DNA of 63,406 nucleotides, filler included, from Octopus bimaculoides (Eukaryota), in assembly GCF_001194135.2 (NCBI RefSeq). It is 6 parts of 5 records of this genome, joined end to end, with 100 filler letters (N's around TTAATTAATTAA, not from the genome) between each part and the next. Parts side by side here need not be neighbours in the genome. Positions count along the whole stretch, not along the records: positions 49,472 to 54,780 come from NC_069000.1; positions 54,881 to 62,106 come from NC_068985.1; positions 62,207 to 63,406 come from NW_026374370.1; 3 more parts are not named here. One strand, given 5' to 3'. The notes under the pieces are model-generated. The model had not been told where the DNA came from. It did no database searches and saw only the letters and a list, made by a program, of their open reading frames with translations. Numbering within the stretch: position 1 is the stretch's first letter; every line of letters starts with the position of its first letter. Shown piece after piece: positions 52,821-63,406 of this stretch. The translations under genes and the position numbers were made by a program.

Positions 52821-54050
52821 CTAATACTGACGTCCCATATAAACAATAGGTCACTTACATTTATGGAGAAATGGCAAATTGGGATGAACGCATTGCAAGT
52901 GATACGTAATTGAGACAATGAGGGTGTCTCAACGTATTTGATGTTCAACCTGCGTTTAAAGGTTTTTTTTCTTCTCCCGTGAGAGCTGACTCCATGTTGC
53001 TGGTACAAGAACTATTGAATAAAGCAATTTCCCATTTCTTGGGTCCCCTTAATGTTCCAGTCACCAGGATGATCTCTTAATCTTTCAGTCGCTTTCTGCA
53101 TTTCAGAAAATTTTATATAATCTACATTTTTCGTCTTGTAGCTGTCCGGCATTATTTTCCTAGTTCTGTTGATAGCACGATATAAGTTCCACCCAAGTTA
53201 TTTTCGAAAATAAAATTTGTTTGTATACAATGCCATAGTTGGCATTTTTATCATCTAGCTTGACACCAAATAAGTACTGCAAAATTAGCGGTCATTTATC
53301 GACTTTTTCCCTGGAGAGTTCAAATGAATTTTATCATGAGATAAACTTGTTTGTCCCAATGTTTTCTTTAAACATTTCAACATTTCCAACCAATTTTTCT
53401 TTGCTTTTAAGAATAATAACACCACACACTGTTTTTGTCGTCTTCTTTCCTCCCCTTCCTCCTCCTCCTTCTCCTTCTTGAATTAGTTTTCGGGGGGGGG
53501 GCAATCGGTTTTGTTTTTATTAGTCAACCCTGAATCTGAATAATGTATAAAACAGCCTCAAGACTTTGTTTTTGGGGGAGAAGGTGTTTACATATGAGAT
53601 TTTTCTTTTGTTCTTTCCTTTCCTTTTTCTCCCCCCTTTCTGTCTTTTTCTTTCTTTCTTTCTTCTTTCCATTTTTTCCTTCTGTCATACCTTTCCATAT
53701 CTTCTTGCTTTCTCTCTTCTTCTCTTTTTACTTCCTAATGTCTCGGTTTAATTTTCTTTAAAACTGTTAATATATATGTGCGTTCTTGTGCATGTAAAAG
53801 GAAATGGCAAGGAATTAGGTAATGTTATAAACAATGTTTGTACTTCGTAGCCACCATTATGTACACTTTATGCTACAAAGCAATTTTGGTCAGATGAACA
53901 GTGCCAACATTTCCAGAATTTAAACGTTTCCAGATCGTAAAGCATTTTAAGACCATTAAATTCAGTTGTTGTATGTTTTCGTTTTAAATCTTTCACATGA
54001 CGCTATCTCGCTCTCCCAACGCTCTCTCACACACACATGCACATACACGC

Positions 54051-54109
<59 letters not shown>

Positions 54110-54239
54110 CTCGCATAAATAGTATATAAATATGTGTGTGTGTGTGTGTTTGGGTACACATACATACACTCTAACACGTACAAACATAAATAATAGATAT
54201 TCATGCATACGCATATACATACGTATATGGATATACACA

Positions 54240-54286
<47 letters not shown>

Positions 54287-54320
54287 ATAAAGAGAGGGAG
54301 ATAGGTATACGTTTCTGAAT

Positions 54321-54352
<32 letters not shown>

Positions 54353-54880
54353 GAGGCGCGCGCGCGTGTGTATGTGTATATATGTGTGCGTGTGTGTATT
54401 GTTTTTTTATGTGAAATCATATATAATACATATATGCATCCATACACACCATACACATACATGCATACCCATACATACATACATGCCTACATATGTGTAT
54501 ACACATGCACACCGACGCACACACATGCGCACAAACAATCAAAAGGAACGCAGCGTTGATAACGGACAGTCAATGGAGAAAGTTTTTCTGGTTTGATATT
54601 GGAAACATTATTAATTATTTGGACACGGTCAGACATATATGTAAAGAAGTAAACTTTTATAGGGGTTCCAGTTGTTGATGTGTTAAACGAACGTCACAAT
54701 TTGTATTGGTTGAAGTTTTGTGGTAACCGTAATGATGGTTGTACTCATTTGTGATATATATATATATATATATATATATANNNNNNNNNNNNNNNNNNNN
54801 NNNNNNNNNNNNNNNNNNNNNNNNTTAATTAATTAANNNNNNNNNNNNNNNNNNNNNNNNNNNNNNNNNNNNNNNNNNNN

Positions 54881-57705
54881 ATGGAAGGATAGGGAAGGTG
54901 GGGTTGGAATGTGTAGGGGTAGGGTGGGCTTACGAGGGAGAGTTGACGATGAAGGGGGAAAGGAGAAGGTGGGTGGGAGTGAAGAGAAGAGAGAAAGAGA
55001 GTAGGAGTGAAGAGAAGTAGGAGTTGGAGCAAGAGAGGAGAAGTGGGTGGGAGGAAGTAGGTGTGAGGGGGAGAGAGGCAAGGGGAGAAGGTTAGATGAA
55101 GAGGAGAGGAGAATTGAGCCCATGTGGCGCAAAAGAGCGAAGAGAAAATATTAATTCCTGTTCACGACGCAAACGGGAGTCCGGATGGTCCCTGTGCAAG
55201 GACAATCCGAACACGGACAGGTGTTGCAAAGAGTGACCGGTAGAGCGGAAATGGCATGAGACCCGGGTGTCATTGCCTAATCTGATATCTCGGAGGTGTT
55301 CCGCGAACCGGTCAGCCAAGCCGCGAACCGGTCAGCCAAGCGGCGTCCCGTTTGCCCGATGTATAGAGAAGGGCAGAGAGAGCAGGAGATGCAGTAGGTA
55401 ATATTGGTAGAAGTGCAGGTGAAGGAGTCGTTGATGTGATAGGGTCGATGATAGGTGNNNNNNNNNNNNNNNNNNNNNNNNNNNNNNNNNNNNNNNNNNN
55501 NNNNNNNNNNNNNNNNNNNNNNNNNNNNNNNNNNNNNNNNNNNNNNNNNNNNNNNNNNNNNNNNNNNNNNNNNNNNNNNNNNNNNNNNNNNNNNNNNNNN
55601 NNNNNNNNNNNNNNNNNNNNNNNNNNNNNNNNNNNNNNNNNNNNNNNNNNNNNNNNNNNNNNNNNNNNNNNNNNNNNNNNNNNNNNNNNNNNNNNNNNNN
55701 NNNNNNNNNNNNNNNNNNNNNNNNNNNNNNNNNNNNNNNNNNNNNNNNNNNNNNNNNNNNNNNNNNNNNNNNNNNNNNNNNNNNNNNNNNNNNNNNNNNN
55801 NNNNNNNNNNNNNNNNNNNNNNNNNNNNNNNNNNAAGTGCTCTGGCAGGGTGGTGTGGATAGTGGTGAGGGAATATCCACGTAGGATGAAGTGGCGAGCC
55901 ATGCGTTGAGACTGAGTCTCAAAGTCATCGACGTCACTACAGAGCCTGCGTAGACGGAGGAATTGGGAATAGGGGATGAAAAGCTTGGTGTGTTTAAGGT
56001 GGGAGGAGGAGAAGTTGAGGTATGAGTGTGAGTCTGTGTGTTTGTAGTGGATGGAGGTGGTGAGAGTGGAGTGATGAATGCTGACCGAAATGTCAAGAAA
56101 GGAGACAGAGGTGTCAGAGATAGTGCAGGAAAAGTGGAGGATAATATGGAAAGATTTGACAAAAGAGAGGAAAGAGTCTAGATGTTTGCGAGAGAGTGAG
56201 GTTGCACCGATACAGTCGTCAATATAACGGGAGTTGGACAGTGAAACTTGAGAATATTTGGGCCTCAACGTAGCGAACAAACAGGTTCGATTAGTTAGGG
56301 CCCATTCTCGTTCCCATGGCCACTCCCGAGATATGCTGGTAGAAATTACCCACGAACGAGAAGCAGTTGAGTGAGAGGACAAGTTCGGCCGGACGAACGA
56401 GTGTGGAGGTGTCGGGTTGGGGGTTGGGTCGAAGGTCAAGGAAATGTTTGAGAGCAGGCAGCCCCTCGTGGTGAGGGATCACCGTGTAAGGCTCTGGATG
56501 TCGAGAGTGAAGAGAAGTTTAGAGGGGCCAGGAGGGAAGGAGAAAGAGTTGAACAAACGAAGCGCGTGGTTGGTGTCATGGATGTGAGAGGGGAGGGAAG
56601 CCCCTAGGGGCCAAGGATACGGCCAAGATATCTGGCGATGAGTTCGGTGGGGTNNNNNNNNNNNNNNNNNNNNNNNNNNNNNNNNNNNNNNNNNNNNNNN
56701 NNNNNNNNNNNNNNNNNNNNNNNNNNNNNNNNNNNNNNNNNNNNNNNNNNNNNNNNNNNNNNNNNNNNNNNNNNNNNNNNNNNNNNNNNNNNNNNNNNNN
56801 NNNNNNNNNNNNNNNNNNNNNNNNNNNNNNNNNNNNNNNNNNNNNNNNNNNNNNNNNNNNNNNNNNNNNNNNNNNNNNNNNNNNNNNNNNNNNNNNNNNN
56901 NNNNNNNNNNNNNNNNNNNNNNNNNNNNNNNNNNNNNNNNNNNNNNNNNNNNNNNNNNNNNNNNNNNNNNNNNNNNNNNNNNNNNNNNNNNNNNNNNNNN
57001 NNNNNNNNNNNNNNNNNNNNNNNNNNNNNNNNNNNNNNNNNNNNNNNNNNNNNNNNNNNNNNNNNNNNNNNNNNNNNNNNNNNNNNNNNNNNNNNNNNNN
57101 NNNNNNNNNNNNNNNNNNNNNNNNNNNNNNNNNNNNNNNNNNNNNNNNNNNNNNNNNNNNNNNNNNNNNNNNNNNNNNNNNNNNNNNNNNNNNNNNNNNN
57201 NNNNNNNNNNNNNNNNNNNNNNNNNNNNNNNNNNNNNNNNNNNNNNNNNNNNNNNNNNNNNNNNNNNNNNNNNNNNNNNNNNNNNNNNNNNNNNNNNNNN
57301 NNNNNNNNNNNNNNNNNNNNNNNNNNNNNNNNNNNNNNNNNNNNNNNNNNNNNNNNNNNNNNNNNNNNNNNNGTCCTCCTCGTTAGTTGCAGGTGGAGTG
57401 TCGCGGGAAAGCGCACACAACCTAACACGGCGCACAAAGCTATGGATATCGGTACAAGTCCGAAATTCGTTGCAGGATGGAGTGAGGGGGATGAAGCGCA
57501 GGCCCCTACTGAGGAGGGAGCGCTCCGCCTCAGAGAGGGGAAGATCTGGAGGAATGGTAACAACAGACTGAAGTGGAGAAGGGGTGGATGGGATAGAAGA
57601 AGTAGGAGGGGTGGATGGCGTAGAAGTAGGAGGGGTGGTTGGGATGGTGGTAGGCTGGGAGGGAGGGGATGGAGTATGTGTGTGTGGGGTTTGGAGGAAC
57701 GGGGG
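54881..57705 (-). mobile_element. Penelope-like retroelement (RT plus GIY-YIG), large but disrupted, with two internal gaps
   Basis: LPLSEAERSLLSRGLRFIP; LLFTLDIQSL..IPHHEGL; GVAMGTRMGPN; RYIDDCIG; SFLDISV; YKHTDSHSYL; IPYSQFLRLRRLCS; YIGQTGRRLADRFAEHLRDI..HF..RREQELIFSL..PHGLN; stop after MGPN, frameshifts, and an exact 20-bp tandem duplication at 55301-55340. Confidence 0.92.
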
Positions 57706-57836
57706 TATGTATGTATGCATGTATGTATGTATACATACATACGTACATACTTGCATACATGCATACGTACATATAGCCGTCTTAGAATCCATGTCAGAAA
57801 AAATATACACCCGTATATTTGTCAATAGAATGAGTA

Positions 57837-58155
57837 TATTAATTGAAGTGTATAGTATTACATATTCATTACGGCCGATCTTAGCCACCGGTTTTCGCAC
57901 TAGGAGCCGAATGGCATGTTAGATAACAACTCGATTGTATGACTCTGCGCTCTTCAGACTTGTCAGTTATGGAAGAAAATATGGTGACTGCTCTCTATTG
58001 CTGGATGTGAAAAGACACATCCGGTTTGTGGTTGTTGTGAAAAAGACGACGAAACGAACTGAGCAAGGGTTAAGTTAAAAGTTGAACCCCTACAACGAAA
58101 CCGAGTGATAAGATCGGCCGTCATGGATATAGAACACTGTACATGTCGATTAATA
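57837..58155. mobile_element. MITE with ~70-bp imperfect TIRs
   Basis: TATTAATTGAAG..CATTACGGCCGATCTTAGCCACCGGTTTTCG versus reverse complement TATTAATCGAC..CATGACGGCCGATCTTATCACTCGGTTTCG. Confidence 0.75.
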
Positions 58156-58184
58156 ATATTGTTTCAGTGAAATCCTGACATCCG

Positions 58185-58388
58185 TGTGAGATAGCAAGCC
58201 AACTTTCGTAAACCGTATAAAGGCGCATGCGCACTGTCAGTGAGGGACAGTGTGGTGTGTTCAGGCGCTTTCTGAAGACAGTCGTAGAAGTCGTTGAGAA
58301 GAGATATTGTTTGTTACATGTTGTTTTTTTATTTATATTTGTATTGCTATAACCTTGTTATAAGTCCACGTTATAAAGTGGCATATAC
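58185..58388 (+). other. Possible solo-LTR or promoter-like segment
   Basis: Starts TGT and ends ACA; TATAAA followed by GCGCATGCGC and TCAGT (Inr-like); no TSD found. Confidence 0.2.
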
Positions 58389-59577
58389 AATTAGTTCAAA
58401 GAAAGACAGTATCGACTAGACACAACAATATGTGTGTTTGTATGTATATGTGTGTATGTGCCTGCGCGCGCGTGTGTATGTATGTATGTATGTATGTATG
58501 TATGTACGTATATATGTATGTGACTGTATGTGTGTAGAATGTGCACTGTCAGATGTTTGTGTTTCGTTAATTTATTCTTTATAAATAGAGAGGAAATGTA
58601 ACCTGTACTCAACAAGCATTTTCCCAGGTGAAGCTTTATATCATGAAACCGAAGTTAAGCACATACTACGGAATGGAACTGTGCCTTCCTAAATACCGCT
58701 GGGGTATTTAGCTTCGTCCCTTCACAACCTTAGTTCAAATCCCAATGAGTATGACTTCTATCCTATTGCATTCAGTAGAATACATGTTATATTAATTAAA
58801 CCGATTATTCTCCTCCCCTACAAAAAGTGTGGCCCAGTGTCAAGTTAAGAATCATCACATCTCCCTCCACCTCATAAATATATTGTTATTTATGTTGATG
58901 TAAAGTGACAGTTTGATACATCGTTTTTGTGATCCTGGTGATGAGTAATGCTAGAATGCTGCTGGAATTGTTATAAATCCTGACTGATATAAGAATTCCC
59001 TTTAAAATGCCACACAATGCTGTTTGGGTTAATATAAGAAATATCTCAAACACAACTTGGCAAAATAACCAATTATATTTTGTTCCTTCCTTAACTTGAA
59101 GTACAGAAAAAAAATGTTAATTATCAAAATACTTCGCGGCTTAATGTGTTACTATGGAAAGAAAAGAATTCAGTAAGTATTTTACTGAGGAAGTATAACT
59201 AATATTTTTTGTGGAATAACACTTCAAGAAATAATCTGGCATCCTTTTTATGTATATCTCAGACTACAATGTGACTTTCGTTTTCTTGTAGACGGTAGGT
59301 TGCTAATCTGAGGAGACTGGCTGCTTATTTTAGCAGGTCGAGACAACGTTCAGAGATTCCCTTAGAATGCAGTCTAAAATATTAAAACATATTCTAATAT
59401 ATTAGAATATATTACCATAATATATTAACCTTTAACATGGGCACAGGTTTACGAATCGGTTAGGAGCAGGACCGGTATTTTTTTTTTATTGATCCATGAA
59501 CGATGAATATTGACTCAGGCAAGATTCGAACTCATCAGCTAAAAGTATACAAAGAGTTTTATCCGACAACATCAGCA

Positions 59578-59935
59578 ACACCTGCACAAGGAGATACATC
59601 GGATGCTCCAGTAACACGTTGAAGCAAAGCCTCTCCAACCGCAGATCCTCTTTCAAGATGCCGGAAAGGAGATACGCTACGTCATTAACCAGCAATGTAC
59701 GGCAGCTGAGGGACAAAGGAATTCCACACGTAATACCATGGAGAATTCTAGAAAATTCAGGTACCTATATAAACGAGACCAAGCGTTGTAAACTGTGCTT
59801 AGCTGAACAGGCGAGGATATTAAAGGACTCCCACGACCCGGGGAACGTCCTTAACTCCAGACCCTGTTTGCACTATAGTAAATTCCTGCTGGCGTCCTGG
59901 AACTCATACGCTAACAGAGTCCATTACGAATAACA
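59578..59935 (+). pseudogene. Penelope-like element GIY-YIG C-terminal fragment (distinct subgroup)
   Basis: RYIGCSSNTLKQSLSNRRSSFK..TSLTS..WRILE..TKRCKLCLAEQARIL..VLNSR..KFLL matches the YIG..FK.R..H.SSF / CxLCLxEK..IL..LNxR pattern. Confidence 0.75.
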
Positions 59936-60811
59936 ACCAAAGAGAGTCAATCCCCTGTTGTTGAAAGAATAACAAAGTCTTTTCCTCCTCCATTTTCTAG
60001 AGAGGTCACTTGCTAAAGAGGCCATGTGCCAATAGGTTTTGGGGTCTGATGATACGCTGTAAAGAGCGCTTTATGGACGTCAAACCCAAGGTAATCCCAT
60101 ACACCGGCCATATCTATCTTTATACTATACCACTCTATAACTTAGAGTGTACTTCTTTTTCGGATTTATGATTTACTAACGGTATGTGTGTGTGTGTGTG
60201 CATATGTACGTATGTTTGTATTGTATGTGTGTATATATCTATATACATACTATATATATNNNNNNNNNNNNNNNNNNNNNNNNNNNNNNNNNNNNNNNNN
60301 NNNNNNNNNNNNNNNNNNNNNNNNNNNNNNNNNNNNNNNNNNNNNNNNNNNNNNNNNNNNNNNNNNNNNNNNNNNNNNNNNNNNNNNNNNNNNNNNNNNN
60401 NNNNNNNNNNNNNNNNNNNNNNNNNNNNNNNNNNNNNNNNNNNNNNNNNNNNNNNNNNNNNNNNNNNNNNNNNNNNNNNNNNNNNNNNNNNNNNNNNNNN
60501 NNNNNNNNNNNNNNNNNNNNNNNNNNNNNNNNNNNNNNNNNNNNNNNNNNNNNNNNNNNNNNNNNNNNNNNNNNNNNNNNNNNNNNNNNNNNNNNNNNNN
60601 NNNNNNNNNNNNNNNNNNNCACTTGCTAAAGAGGCCATGTGCCAATAGGTTTTGGGGTCTGATGATACGCTGTAAAGAGCGCTTTATGGACGTCAAACCC
60701 AAGGTAATCCCATACACCGGCCATATCTATCTTTATACTATACCACTCTATAACTTAGAGTGTACTTCTTTTTCGGATTTATGATTTACTAACGGTATGT
60801 GTGTGTGTGTG

Positions 60812-61495
60812 TATATTACATACATATAAGAGGGATGACCACTAAGTGGACATCCAATATACTAGATGTAGACCCCATATGGCCTGACCACTAAGAAAAG
60901 ATTGTTCTCAAGAAAATTCAGCAAACGTCAGAACGTAAGCGAGCAAGACAAATGAAAAGATACAAAATATGATTAGTCACATACCAAGTTTCATTGTTAC
61001 CACTTACATATTACATACGTAAATGTCCGCAATTCATCAGTGTGACCGTCATAGCAAAATATAATTTTCAGAACTATACACGAGACGTCCACACGAGATT
61101 GAACATGCATATAGTTTTGCCAATTATATTTGGGGGTATATTTCAAATGTCTTCGTTTTGGCGCGCCAAAAACCGGAGATAATTCTGCAGAAAATAATTT
61201 TCTGCGGTGAATTCTGCCGGTTAGAGAACATGGTTATTTAAATTTAAATAATAAGGGTAAAAAATTGAATATTAATTTGATTAATATCAATTTTAAACCA
61301 GTGGCCTAGCATATTGAAAAAATCTGAAGATTCAGAAAAATTATATTACATATATATAAGAGGGATGACCACTAAGTGGACATCCAGTATGCTAGATGTA
61401 AATCCCATATGGTCTGACCATAAAGAAAAGATTGTTCTCAAGAAAATTCAGCAAACACCAGAACGAAAGAGGGATCAAGCTGAACGGATACAGAA
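60812..61495 (+). repeat. Diverged direct repeat pair (60812-60967, 61343-61495) bracketing a MITE
   Basis: ATAAGAGGGATGACCACTAAGTGGACATCCA..GAAAAGATTGTTCTCAAGAAAATTCAGCAAAC occurs twice. Confidence 0.85.
61060..61345. mobile_element. MITE-like repeat carrying the palindrome TTTTGGCGCGCCAAAA
   Basis: Ends TATAATTTTCAGAA / TTCAGAAAAATTATA; internal palindromes at 61156-61171 and CTGCAGAAAATAATTTTCTGC; second copy at 46280-46361. Confidence 0.6.
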
Positions 61496-61765
61496 GCAAT
61501 TGCGCAGATAAACAAATTAGATGCATTAAATATATTAAATATAGTAGTTTGGGTAGGAAATATAAAATATGGATATATGTATACACGCAAAACAAGAACA
61601 GCAAAAGGTGGAGAATTTCAGATGATGAATTTTAAAGTATAAACATATAGATATTTATATTAATAGGTTTTACTTACACAGAATACAAACGACAAAGAAA
61701 ATTAAAGGGATGGAAGAAAGGTGTTATAAGTCCAACAGCCGTTTATGGAGGCTCGAGCTTCCAGT

Positions 61766-61848
61766 GTGACTCAAGGCCCGAGAGTTTCGTGCGTTGACAT
61801 TTATCAAACTAAAGTGCCAACGCATGAAACTTTCGAACCTTGAGTCAC
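61766..61848. other. 83-nt hairpin (35-bp stem, 13-nt loop)
   Basis: GTGACTCAAGGCCCGAGAGTTTCGTGCGTTGACAT / GTGCCAACGCATGAAACTTTCGAACCTTGAGTCAC. Confidence 0.8.
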
Positions 61849-61869
61849 TCAGTTACTTCTGCTAAATAT

Positions 61870-61921
61870 TAATAATAACAATAACAATAATAATAATAAC
61901 GATGATGATGATGTTGATGAA

Positions 61922-62002
<81 letters not shown>

Positions 62003-62056
62003 TGGTAGTGAACAGCTGACACTGTAGCACATCACCAGCGTTAGAAGCTGTGCAAA

Positions 62057-62106
<50 letters not shown>
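61870..62106. repeat. (AAT)n microsatellite interrupted by a ~60-nt Dong-like fragment (62002-62060)
   Basis: CTGGTAGTGAACAGCTGACACTGTA resembles CTGGTAATGGACAGCTGACACCGTA (reverse complement of ~6256-6280). Confidence 0.7.
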
Positions 62107-63021
62107 NNNNNNNNNNNNNNNNNNNNNNNNNNNNNNNNNNNNNNNNNNNNTTAATTAATTAANNNNNNNNNNNNNNNNNNNNNNNNNNNNNNNNNNNNNN
62201 NNNNNNGCACATTTTGAGTGTGTATATATGAGGATGTGTGGGTAACTGTCTACTACATGCTAAGGTCTCTGGTACTCAACGATATTTTGCCAAGGTTTGG
62301 ACAGTTTTATTCATCGATTGTTTGATTAGTCAATTATTTACTTATTTACTCATTTGAACTAATGTATTGGTTAATTAGTAGCTAGAATAGTTAGTTATGT
62401 AGGATACTCAAATCTTAGGGTCACCCCAATTCACTCTTGTCTCTATAGTAAATGACGTCCCATGTATAAACCTAACAGTAGAAATAATGAAATATAATTA
62501 CACGCGAATCACTAAGTTTATGAATAGCTGCCGTAGTGGTTCATTAGTTGAGTGACTCTACTATGTAGAGAATCCTGCAGTCACATAGAAACTCTTAAGC
62601 ATAATCTAAGACAGTGAGTCGGGTACGATAGCTTTTGATCGTACTTTCACCAAAAATTACTACAATTTGATAACATATAGGTGTACATTATATATACGTA
62701 GGAGTCTTAATAAGTAATCTGAGACTGTATTATAGATATAATCTTAGCATTTAACGCCAACATATCGTAAAGTGGAATATGAGCAGTCTTATAGTTTTAA
62801 TATATTAAGGCTTTGTTTTGTTACCTTACCCCTATTATAGTGTGGTTGTGTATGTGTGTATACATACATACAAATATTTATTTATTTATTTATATCCGCA
62901 TATAGACTTCTTAATAATCTATTCTATAACTCATTTAATCTTTGTATTTGTATATACACTCCATCTATATAAGTATATACAGGCATGGAGGTATGTATGT
63001 GTGTGTGTATATATACATATG

Positions 63022-63406
63022 TGTAGACAGCTGCAGGAGAAATACCTAGCCTGGCTTTCACTGACATGAAGAAAGCCTTTGACAGGGTCCCCCGATCCCT
63101 TATCTGTTGGTCAATGAGGAAACCAGGGATAGAAGAATGGTTAGTGAGAGCTATGCGAGCCATGTACAGAGACGCTGTCAGTAAGGTGAGGGTTGGCAAT
63201 GAGTACAGTGAAGAATTCCGGGTAGAGGTAGGGGTCCACCAAGGTTTTGTCCTCAGCCCCCTATTTATCATTGTCCTCCAGACGATAACAGAGGAATTCA
63301 AGACAGGTTGCCCCTGTGAGCTCCTCTATGCTGACGACCTTGCACTAATTGCCAAATCACTATCAGAACTAGAGGAGAAGTTTCAGGTGTGGAAGCAGGG
63401 ACTACA
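63022..63406 (+). pseudogene. RTE-clade LINE RT fragment, running off the window end
   Basis: RQLQEKYL..AFTDMKKAFDRVPRSL..GVHQGFVLSPLFII..ELLYADDLAL; same family as 11822-12435. Confidence 0.92.

Noticed and set aside
58272-58300. CTGAAGA motif as a hammerhead core next to the Penelope element
   Set aside because: No stem II/GAAA arrangement follows it.
60011-60811. Identical ~190-bp sequence on both sides of the 60260-60620 gap, resembling LTRs or a long TSD
   Set aside because: The perfect identity, the termination in a (TG)n tract and the gap-flanking position point to an assembly overlap; long reads would be needed to show otherwise.

Overview
Repeat-saturated, AT-rich eukaryotic DNA with many N gaps. 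The SINE families, abundant (TA)/(CA)/(TAA)/(TACA) microsatellites and LINE types look like an octopus (coleoid cephalopod) genome; this is inferred from recalled repeat families, not from a database search. I could not support any intact host gene, tRNA/rRNA gene or CRISPR array. The window is a layered transposon graveyard. Retroelements: at least four tRNA-derived SINE families (30 or more copies), RTE LINE fragments, R4/Dong-like RLE LINE fragments at (TAA)n tracts, and four Penelope-like fragments. DNA elements: a SPIN/Buster-type hAT, Tc1, mariner and DD37D transposase pseudogenes, a non-autonomous Helitron and several MITEs or foldbacks. The best-supported unusual observations are a textbook twin-priming 5'-inverted RTE insertion (35.5-35.9 kb) with a probable second case (11.8-12.7 kb), (TAA)n-associated Dong-like elements, long foldback structures that could form dsRNA, a repeat carrying a perfect palindromic E2F site, and an 83-nt pre-miRNA-sized hairpin. 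I found no convincing evidence of a wholly new biological system. All coordinates are hand-counted, and element boundaries are approximate unless a TIR or TSD is quoted.
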